Below, in pieces: positions 21,131 through 32,118 of a stretch of DNA of 64,000 nt. A program made the translations under genes and the position numbers. This DNA comes from the human T2T-CHM13v2.0 reference genome, Homo sapiens, in NCBI RefSeq assembly GCF_009914755.1, contig NC_060925.1, one strand, 5' to 3'. The notes below the pieces were generated by a model. It had not been told where the DNA came from, searched no databases, and saw only the letters and a program-made list of their open reading frames with translations. Within the stretch, counting starts at the first letter, position 1. Every line of letters starts with the position of its first letter.

Positions 21131-21695
21131 TGTAGCATTATTTTCCATCTGGTTGTTAAAATCATTTTATTGTTTAGCTTTTTTAATTATCACATAGAAT
21201 GGCATGTATCAATTGAATATTTTGGCTGACTGAAGAATAACTATTTGAAGATTCTGAAAATTACATGTTTATCCACTGAAATGAAGGGCTCTGTTATAAT
21301 ATATATCTCTGTCAGTTATAAAGCTGATATAAATTTTTTATTTAATAGATTTAGGGATACAAGTACAGTTGTGTTACATGGATATATTGCATAATGGTGG
21401 AAGGCTGGGCATTCAGTGTACCTATTACCCAAACAATGTACATTGTACTCAATAGGTATTATTTTATCCCTCATTCTCTTTCCACCCTCCCACGTTTTGG
21501 AGTCACCAGCATCTATTATTCCACTCTGTATGTCCATGTGTACCCATTGTTTAGCTCCCATTTATAAGTGAGAAAATGTGGTTTTTGATTTTATATTTCT
21601 GAGTAATTTCACTGAGGCTAATGGCCTCCAGTTGCATCCATGTTGCTGCAATATACATTATTCAATTCTTTTTTATGGCTGAGTAGTATTCCATG

Positions 21696-21696
<1 letters not shown>

Positions 21697-21747
<51 letters not shown>

Positions 21748-21759
21748 ATTGGTCAAGAT

Positions 21760-21796
<37 letters not shown>
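21697..21796. repeat. (TG)n followed by (CA)n: inverted microsatellite pair
   Basis: TG run 21697-21742, spacer, then CA run to 21796. Confidence 0.95.
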
Positions 21797-21803
<7 letters not shown>

Positions 21804-22204
21804 GTCACATTTTCTTTATCCAGTCATCCCTGATGGTAACTTATGTTGATTGCATGACTTTGCTATTGTAAATAGTGCTGTGACAAACATAAGAATGCAA
21901 GTGTCTTTTTGATACAATTATTTGTTTTTCTTCGATTAGATACCTAGTAGTAAGATTGGTGGATTGAATGGTAGTTCTATTTTTAATTATTTGAGAAATC
22001 AACATAATGTTTTCCATAGAAGATGTACTAAATTACATTCCCACCAACAATGTATATGCATTCATTTTTCTCTGTAACTTCATCAACATTTGTTCTTTTG
22101 GACTTTTTAGTAATAGCCATTCTGACTAGTGCAAGATGGTATCTCATTGTAGTTTTAATTTGTATTTCACTGATGATTAGTGACATTCAACATTTTTTCA
22201 TTTT

Positions 22205-25200
22205 TTAATATTTTTATTTTTGTGGGTACATAGTAGGTGTATATATTTATGGGTACATGGGATATTTTGATATAAGCATGCAATGTGAAATAAGCATGTC
22301 ATGGAAAATGGGGTATTCATCCCATCAAACATTTATCCTTTGAATTACAAACAATCCAATCACACTATTTTAAAATGTGCAATTGTTATTATTGGCTACA
22401 GTCATTCTATTGTGCTATCAAATAGTAAGTCTTACTCATTCTTTGTAACTATTATTCTGTACACATTAACCATCCCCACAACCCCCTCAAATCCCCATTA
22501 CCCTTTCTAGCTTCTGGTAACCATCCTTCTACTCTCTATGTCTGTGAGTTCCATTATTTTGATTTTTAGATTCCACAAATAAGTGAGAACATGCAAAGAT
22601 TGTCTTTCTGTTCCTAGCTTATTTCACTTAAAATAATGATCCTCAGACTCACTCATGTTGTTGCAAATGACTGGATCTCACTCTATTTATGGCTGAATGG
22701 TATTCCATTGTGTATGTGTATGTACCACATTTTCTTTATGCATTAATCTGTTGATGAACATTTAGGTTGCTTCCAAGTTTTAGCTATTGTAAACAGTGCT
22801 GCAACAAAGAAATGCAGATATATCTTTGATAGACTGATTTCCTTTCTTTTGGGTATATACCCAGCAGTGGAATTGCTGGATTATATGGTAGTTCAATTTT
22901 TAGTTTTTTGAGGAACCTCCAAACTCTTCTCCATAGCAGCTGTACTAATTTATGTTCTCACCAACAGTGTAGAGGGTCCCCATTTAACCACATCCTCACC
23001 AGCATTTGTTATTGCCTGTCTTTTTGATATAAGCCATCTTATCCGGGGTGACAGGATGTCATTGTAGTTTTGATTTGCATTTCTCTGATGATCAGTGATG
23101 TTGAACATCTTTTCATATACCTGTTTGCCATTTGTATGTCTTCTTTTTAGAAATGTCTATTCAAATCTTTTGCTCATCTTTTGATCTGATTATTAGATGT
23201 TTTTCCTATAGAGTTGTTTGAACTCCTTATATATTCTGGTTATTAACCTCTTGTCAGATAAGTAGTTTGCAAACATTTTCTCCCATTGTGTGGGTTGTCT
23301 CTTCACTTTGTTGATTGCTTCCTTTGCTGTCCAGATCTTTTTAACTTGAGGTGATTTCATTTGTCCATTTTTGCTTTGGTTGTTTGTGCTTGTGAGGTAT
23401 TGGTCAAGAAATCTTTGCCCAGACCAATGTCCTGGAGGTTTTCCCCAATGTTTTCTTGTAATAGGTGTATATTTTGAGGTCCTAGATTTAAGCCTTTAAT
23501 CCATTTTGGCTTGATTCTTGTATATGACAAGAGATGGGGGTCTAGATTCATTCTCCTGCACATGGATATCCAGTTTTTCCAGCACCATTTATTGAAGAGA
23601 CTGCTTTTATGTTCTTGTCATCTTTGTCAAAAATGAGTTTACTGTGGGTGTGTGGATTTCTTTCTGGGTTCTCTATTCTGTTCCATTGGTCTGTGTGTCT
23701 GTTTTTATGCCGGTACCATGTTGTTTTGGTTATTATAGCTCTGTAGTATAATTTGAAATCAGGTAATGTGATTCCTCCAGTTTTGTTTTTTTGGTTTAGG
23801 ATAGCTTTGGCTATTCTGGGTCTTTTGTGGTTTCATATACATTTTAGAATAGTATTTTCTATTTATATAAAGAATGTCATTGGTATTTATTTTGATAGGG
23901 ATTGTATTTAATCTGTAGATTGCTTTGTGTAGTATGGACATTTTAACAAAATTGATTCTTCCAATCCATGAACTTGGAATTTTTTTTCATTTCTTGGTGT
24001 CTTCTTCAATTTCTTTCATCAGTGTTTTATAATATTCATTATAAAAATCTTTCACTTATTTGGTTAAATTAATTACTAGGTCTTTAATTTTATGTGTGGC
24101 TATTAGAAATGGGATTCAAATTTTTTTCACATTGTTCACTTGGCATATAGAAATGCTACTGATTTTCGTATGTTGATTTTTGTATTTTACAACTTTACTG
24201 GATTATCAGTTCTAATAGTTTTCTTGTGAAGTCTTGAGGTTTTTCCAAATATAAGATCATATTATCTGCAAACAAGGATAATTTGACTTCTTCTGTTCCA
24301 ATTTAGATATCCTTTATATCTTTCTCTTATCTGATTGCTCTAGCTAGGACTTCTAGTACTACATTGAATAACAGCGATGACAGTGGACATTCTTGTCATG
24401 TTCCAGATTTTAGAGAAAAGGCTTTCAGTTTTTCCCCATTCAGTATGATACGAACTGTGGGTCTGTCATATATGGTTTTTATTATGTTGATGTATATTCC
24501 ATCTATGCAGTTTTTTAAGGGTTTTTATCATGAAGGGATATTAAATTATCAAATGCTTCTTCAGCATCAATTGAAATGATCATATGGTTTTATCTTTCAT
24601 TCTGTTGATACAATGTATTACAGTGATTGATTTACCAATGTTGAGCCATCTTTGCATCCCAGGGATAAATCCTACTAAATCATGATGGATGATCTTTCTA
24701 ATGCATTGTTGATTCCATTTGCTAGTATTTTGTTGAGGATTTTTGCATTAATATTCATCAGAGATACTGGCCCATAGTTTTCTTCTTCTGATGTGTATTT
24801 GTCTGGTTTTGATATCAGGGTAACACTAGCCTCACAGAATGATATTGGAAGTATACCCTCCTCCTCTAATTTTCAGAACATTTTGATTAAGATTTGTATT
24901 CATTCTTCTTTAAATGTTTGGTAGAATTCAACAGTAAAGCCATCAGGTTCTGGGCTTTTCTTCACTGGGAGACTTTGTATTATAGCTTTGATCTCATTAC
25001 TTGTTATTGGTCTTTTCAGATTTTGTATTTCTTCCTGGTTCAATCTTGGTAGGTTGCATGTATCTAGGAATTTGTCCATTTCTTCTATATTTTCCAATTT
25101 ATTGGCCTATAGTTGCTCATACTAGCCACTAATGATCCTTTGAAATTCTTCAGTAGCAGTTTTAATGTCTCCTTTTTCATTTTTTATTTTATTTGGATCC

Positions 25201-25329
25201 TCTCCCTTTTTTTCTTAGTCTGGCTAAAGGTATGTCACTTTTGTTTAACTTTTAAAAAAAGCCAACTTTTTGTTTCACTTATCATTTGTATTGTTGTTTT
25301 CAGTTCAATTCCATTTATTTCTGCTCTGA

Positions 25330-25360
<31 letters not shown>

Positions 25361-28300
25361 GAGATGGAGTCTCGCTCTTTCACACAGGCTGGACTGCAGT
25401 GGTGCTATCTGGGCTCACTGCAAGCTCCACCTCCTGGATTCACGCCATTCTCCCGCCTCAGCCTCCGAGTAGCTGGGACTACAGGCGCCCGCCACCACGC
25501 CCGGTTAATTTTTTCTATTTTTAGTAGAGACGGGGTTTCATTGTGTTAGCCAGGATGGTCTCGATCTCCTGACCTCGTGATCCGCCCGCCTCGGCCTCCC
25601 AAAGTGCTGGGATTACAGGCATGCGCCACCGTGCTCGGCCTGCCCTGATCTTTATTATTTCTTTTCTTTTACTAATTTTGGGTTTGGTTTGCTCTTGCTT
25701 CTCTAGTTCTTTAAGATACATCATTAGAATGCTCATTTGGTTTTTCCTCTTTTTTGATATAGGCACTTCACAGCTACAGACTTCTCTCTTAGTACCGCTT
25801 TTGCTGTATCCCATAGGTTTTGGTATGTTGTGTTTCCATTATTTTGTTTCAAGAAATTTTTTAATTTCTTCCTAATTTATTGATTGACCCACTGGTCATT
25901 TGGAAGTATATTGTTAAATTTCCACTTATTTGTATAGTTTCCAAAATTCCTCTTGTTATTAATTTTTAGTTTTATTCCATTGTGGTCAAAGAAGATACTT
26001 GATATTGTTTCCCTTTATTTTGAATGTTTTAAGACTGTTCAGTGACCTAACATACAGTCTATCTGTAAAAAATAATCCATGGGCTGAGGAAAAGAATGTG
26101 TATTCTGCAGCTCTTGAATGAAATGTTCCTTAAATATATATTAGATCCATTTCATGTATAGTGCAGATTAAGTCTGATGTTTCTTTGTTGATTTTCTGTC
26201 TAGAAGATCTTTGCAATGCTAAAAGTGGGGTGTTGAAGTCTCCAGTTATTATTATATTGAAGCCCATCTCTCTCTTTCACTCTAATAGTATTTCCTCTAT
26301 ATATCTGAGTGCTCCTATGTTGGGTGCATATATATTTTAAATTGTTATATCTTCTTGCTGAATTGACCCTTTTATCATTATATAGTGACCTTCTTTGTCC
26401 TTCCTTATAGTTTTTGTCTTGAAATCTATCTTTTCTGATATAAGTATAGTGACTCTTCTGATTTTTTCGTTTCCATGGGCATGAAATATCTTTTTCCACC
26501 AGTTTATTTTCACTCTATGTGTGTCTTTATAGGTGAAATGTGTTTTCTGTAGACTGAACAGATCAATTAACCTTACTTTTTCATCCATTCAGCAAGTCTA
26601 TGTCTTTTGATTGGGGAATTTAATCCATTTACATTCAATGTTATTATTTATTAGAACTTACTCCTGTCATTTTATTATTTGTATTCTAGTTGTTTTATGG
26701 TTTCTTTCTTCTTTCTTTCCTTCCTGTCTTCCTCTAGTCAAGGTGATTTTCTCTGGCAGTATAATTTAGTTTGTTTTTATATTTTGTGTATCTATTGTAC
26801 ATTTTTTGGTTTGTGGCTACCACGGGACTTGCAAATACAGTCTTATAAACCATTATGTTAACCTGTTAACAACACTATTTGCATAAACAAACAAGATGCC
26901 TTAATTTCATCCCTCTGCTTTTTAACTTTTTGTTGCTTCTATTTATATCTTATTGTACTATGTCTTGAAAAGTTGTAGTTATTATTATTGATTGGTTCAT
27001 CATTTAGTCTTTCTGCTTAGGATAAGAATAGTTTATATACCACAGTCACAGTGTTATAATATTCTGTGTTTTTTCTGTGTACTTACTATTACCAGTGAGT
27101 TTTGTGCCTTCAGGTGACTATTTTATTGCTCATTAATATCCTTTTCTTTCTGATTGAGTTACTCCCTTTAGCATTTCTTGTAAGACAGGTCTGGTATTGA
27201 TGAAATCCCTCAGCTTTTGTTTATCTGGAAAAGCCTTTATTTCTCCTTCATGTTTGAAGGATATTTTCATCAGATATACTATTCTAGTGTAACATAGTTT
27301 TCCTTCAGCACTTTGAATATGTCATGTCACTCTCTCATGGCCTGTAAGGGTTCCACTAAAAGTCTGCTGCCAGATGTATTGGAGTTCCATTGTATATTAT
27401 GTGTTTCTTTTCTCTAGCTGCTTTTAGGATCCTTTCTTTCTTTATCCTTGACCTTTGGGAGTTTGATTGTTAAATGCCTTAGGTAGTCTTCTTTGGGTTA
27501 AATCTACTTGGTATTCCACAACCTTTTTGTACTTGGATATAGATATCTTTCCGTAGATTTGGGAAGATTTCTGTTATTAGCCCTCTGAATAAACTTTCAA
27601 CCCCTGTCTCTTTCTCTGCATCCTCTTTAAGGCCAGTGACTCTTAGATTTGCCCTCTTGAGGCTATTCTAGATCTTGTAGGCATGCTTCATTTTTTTTTA
27701 TTCTTTTTGTCAGCTCTATTTTCAAATAGGCTGCCTTCAATCTCACTAATTCTTTTGCTTGATGAATTCTGCTATTAAAGTACTCTGATGCATTCTACAG
27801 TATGCTTATTGCATTTTTCAGCTCCAGAATTTCTGCTTGATTCTTTTTCATCATTTTAATCTCTTTGTTAAATTTATCTGACAGAATTCTGAATCCCTTC
27901 TTGGTGTTATATTGAATTTCTTTGAGTTTACTCAACACAGCTATTTCAAATTCTCTGTGTGAAAGGTCACATGTCTCTATTTCTCCATGATTGGTCCATG
28001 GTGCCTTATTTAGGTCATTCAGTGAGGTCATGTTTTCCTGAATGGTGTTGATGATAGCAGATGTTCTTCACTGTCTGGGCATTGAAGACTTAGGTATTTA
28101 TTGTAGTCTTCACTGTCTGGGCTTATTTATAGCTGTCCTTCTTGGGAAGGCTTTGCAGAGATTTGAAAGGACTTAGGTGTTGTAACCTAAGTTGTATCTA
28201 CTTTGTATCCCCAAGCCAAGTAACACTGTGGTTCTTGCAGACTCATAGAGATACTGCCTTGATCGTCTTGGACAAGATCTGTGAAAATTCTCTGGATTAC

Positions 28301-29924
28301 CAAGAAGGGACTCTTGTTTCTTTCCTTACTTTTTGCCAAACAAACATATTCTCTCTGTCTCTCTGTTGTGAACCACCTAAAGCAGGGGATAGAGTTACAT
28401 GAGCATCCCTGTGGCCACCACCACTCTGACTGCACTGGGTCGACCTGAAGCCAGTACAGCACTGAGTCTCACCCAAGGCCTACTGTGACCACTCTCTGGC
28501 CTATGTTCTCTCACGGCCTGTGGAGCTCTACAATTGGCATGTGGCAAAGCCAGCCAGGCCTGTGTTCCTCCCTTCAGAACAGTGAGGTCCCCCAGGACAT
28601 GAGTGGAGGGGTTGTCCAGGAGCCAGGGACTAGGGTCAAAAACCTTGGAAGTCTACTTGGTGTTCCATTGTATTGCAGCTTAGCTGACCCTCAAACTGTG
28701 AGATGCAATCCTTCCCACTCTCCTCTCCCCTCTCCAAAGGCAGAGGAGCCTCACCTTGTAGCCACGACCATCCCACGTCATGAGGAGTACTGCCAGACTA
28801 CCACTGATGTTCCCTTAAGGCCCAAGAACTCTGAAGTCATCTTGTGGTGAATGCTGCCTGGCCCACGATTCACCCTTCAGGACAGTGGCTTCCCCTTGGC
28901 CCAAGGCAGGTCTAAAAATATCCATCCAAAAGTCAAGTCCTGGAATCCAGGATCCCAAGAGCCCACTTGATGCTCTGCCCCCTGTAACTGTGCTGGGATC
29001 TAAGGTGCAAGAGAAAGTCCCCTTTACTTTTTCCTCTGCTTTCCTCAAGCAGAAGGAGTTTTGTCCCATAGCCACCACAGCTGGTAATGTACTGAGTCTC
29101 AACTGAAGCCAGCAAGTCTCAGAGGTTCACCCAAGGCCCACAATGTAGTACCTGGGTATTGCTGCTGGTTATTCAAGGACCAAGGGCTCTTCAGTTATCA
29201 GGTAATGAATGCTGCCAGGACAGACCTTTTCCTTCAAGGCAGTGGGTTCCCTTTTGGCCCAGGGTATGTTTAGAAATGTCGTCTGGGAACTAGGACCTGG
29301 AACAGGGCCTCATGATTCTGACTGGTGACCTATCCTACTGTGGCTGAGCTGGTATCCAACATGCAAGACAAAGCCCTCCCCACTTTTCCCTCTCCTCTCC
29401 TCAAGGGAAAGGAAAGTGTCTTTTTTGGAGCCATGAGCTGTGTAGTCTGGGGTTAGGGGAGGACTGATGCCAGCACTGCCTTGGATGATCATTACCCAAC
29501 CTGCTGCCAAGTAAAAAACCACCTACACAGAAGAAACACCTTCATAAGAACCCAAAGTCAGGTGAGCATGCATAGTACCTGGTTTTAACTTCATATCTCT
29601 GAAAGAGGTACTGCAGACATAGAAAAAACAGTCCTGAATCACTGACTCCACTACCCCCACCCCCAGCCCCAGTGGCAGCAGTATGGTGCTAAGAGGGTCT
29701 CTGGGTGCCGAGTGAGGGAGAACACAGCAGTTGTGAGGGAGAACACAGCAGTTGTGAAGCACTAAACTCAGTGCTGTCCTGTTAGAGCGGGGAGTAAAAC
29801 CAGATAAAACTCAGCCAATGCCAACCCACAGAGGGAACATTTAAACCAACCCTAGTCAGAGAGGAGTCATTGATCTGGGTAATGATCAGTGGAGCTTTCT
29901 ATTCCATCACCTTGCTCCACCCCC
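22205..29924 (-). mobile_element. Near full-length L1MA1/2/3-like element nested inside the L1PB
   Basis: 3' end TTTTTGTGGGTACATAGTAGGTGTATATATTTATGGG; minus-strand ORF2 and ORF1 fragments (23357-28031); long GC-richer 5' UTR at 28100-29924; bounded by a 14-bp TSD. Confidence 0.9.
25335..25640 (-). mobile_element. AluY
   Basis: Y diagnostics (GCAAGCTCC, CACGCCATTCTCC, GTGTTAGCCAGGATGGTCTCGATCTCC), many intact CpGs, long pure T tract; TSD TGC(T/C)CTGATCTTT. Confidence 0.95.
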
Positions 29925-30015
29925 CATTTCTTCATTTTCCTTGGCCGCTTACATGTCTTCTTTTGAAAAAATGTCTGTTCATCTGTTCATGTTCTTTACC
30001 CACTTTTTAATGAGT

Positions 30016-30322
30016 TTTTTCTTTTTTCTTTTTTTTTTTTATTTGAGACATGGTCTCCTCTGTAGCCCAGGCTGGAGGGCAGTGTGAACACAGCTCACAC
30101 AGCCTCGACCTCCCAGGTTCAAGTGGTCTTCTCACCTCAGCCCCCTAAGTAGCTAGGACTATAGGCCTGTACCACCATGCTAGACTGATTTTTGTATTGT
30201 TTTGTAAAAATGTGGCTTTGCCATGTTGCCTAGGCTGGTCTCAAACTCTTGGGCTCAAGCAATCTGCCTGCCTTGGCCTCCCAATGTGCTAGGATTACAG
30301 GCATGAACCACCATGCCTGGAC
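30016..30322 (-). mobile_element. AluJ
   Basis: Antisense dimer with J diagnostics (CAGCCTCGACCTCC, GGGCTCAAGCAATC). Confidence 0.9.
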
Positions 30323-31424
30323 TATTTTCTTTCTTATTGAGTTGTTTGAATTTTTTTGTAGATTCTGAATATTAATTCTTTGTCAAATGCATACTATGCA
30401 AATACTTTCTCTCATCCTATGGATTGTCTGTTTACTCAGCTGATTATTTCTTTCACTGTGCAGAAACTTTAGTTTAATTAAGTTCCATTTGTCTGCTTTT
30501 GTTTTTGTTGTGTTTTCTTTTGAAGACTTACTAAATTTCTTTACCCAAGCCAATGTCCAGAAGAGTTTTCCCTAATTTTTCTTTTATAATTTTATGGTTT
30601 TGGGTCTTATTTAAATCTTTAACATCTCTTGAGTTAATTTTTGTATATGGTAAGAAACAGGGATTTTTAAAATTTGTGTCATCTAAAATTTCTTTCATCA
30701 GTGTTTTATAGTTCTTCTTATAGAGATCTTTCACCTCCTTGGTTAAATGTATTTCTAAGTATTTTATTTTTTTGTAGCTATTGTAGATGGGATTTAGTTC
30801 TTGATTTGGTTCTTGGCTTTATCCTTGTTGGTGTATGAAAATGCTACTGATTTCAGTATGTTGATTTGGTATCCTGAAACTTTACTGAAGTCATTAGGAG
30901 TCTTCTGGAGGAGTCTTTAGGGTTTTCTGCATGTAACATCATATCATCAGTGAAGAGGGATGATTTGACATCCTCTTTTCCAGTTTGATGCCCTTTATTT
31001 ATTTCTCTTGTCTGATTGCTCTAGTTAGGTCTTCCAGTACTGCATTGAATAGAAGTGGTGAGAGTGGACATCCTTGTCTTGTTCCAGTTCTTAGGTGGAG
31101 TGGTTTCATCTTTTCCCCATTCAGTAAAATATTGGTTGTGGGTTTGTCACATATGGCTTTTATTATTTTGAGGTATGTTCCTTATGTGCCTAGTTAAGGG
31201 TTTTTCTCATGAAGGGAAGCTGGATTTTATCAAATGCTTTTTCTACATTTATTGCGATGATTATTGTTTTTGGTTTTGTTTATGTGGTGAATCACATTTA
31301 TTGATTTTTTTTATGTTGAATCATCCTACATCCTTGGAATGAAACCCACTTGATTGTGGTATATTATCTTTTTCATGTTCTGTTGGATTTGATTTGCTAG
31401 TATTTTGTTGAAAATGTTTTCTTC

Positions 31425-32118
31425 AACAAAAGATGCCAGTGAGGCTATGGAGAAATAGAAATGCTTTTACACTGTTGGTGGGAATGTGAATTAGTTCAAA
31501 CATTGTGTAAGACATTGTGATATTTCCTCAAAGACCTAAAACCAGAAATACCGTTTGACCCAACAATCTCATTACTGGGTATATACCCAAACGAGCATAA
31601 ATCATTCTATTACAAAGATACATGCACAGGTATGATCATTGCAGCACTATACACAATAGCAAAGACATAGAATAAGCCTAAACATCCATCAATACTAGAT
31701 TAGATAAAGAAAATGTGGTACATATATGCCATGGAATACTATGCATCCATAAAAAGGAATGAGATCATGTCCTTTGCACAGACATGGATGAAGCTGGAAG
31801 CCATTATCCTCAGCAAACAAATGCAGAAACAGAAAACAAAACATCACATATTCTCACTTATAAGTGGGAGCTGAACAATGAGAACACATGGAAAAAGGGA
31901 AGGGAACAACACAAACTGGGGCCTGGCAGAGAGGCAGGGAGGAGGGAGAACAAGAGGATAAATAGCTAATGCATGTGAGGCTTAACACTTAGGTGATGGG
32001 TTGATAGGTGCAGCAAACCACCATAGCACACATTTACCTAATGTAACAAACCTGCACATCCTGCACATGTATCCCAGAACTTAAAATCAAATTAAATTTA
32101 AATTTAATTTTAAAAAAA
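31425..32118 (+). mobile_element. 5'-truncated L1PA13-16-like 3' end inserted in the opposite orientation into the L1PB
   Basis: ORF2 C-terminus and 3' UTR ATAGCTAATGCATGTGAGGCTTAACACTTAGGTGATGGG; host L1 sequence resumes at about 32120. Confidence 0.85.

Noticed and set aside
25113-25875. ORFs containing '[11 protein letters not shown]'-type peptides (also at 6511, 43392, 50444, 52581, 56052)
   Set aside because: Alu-derived frames.
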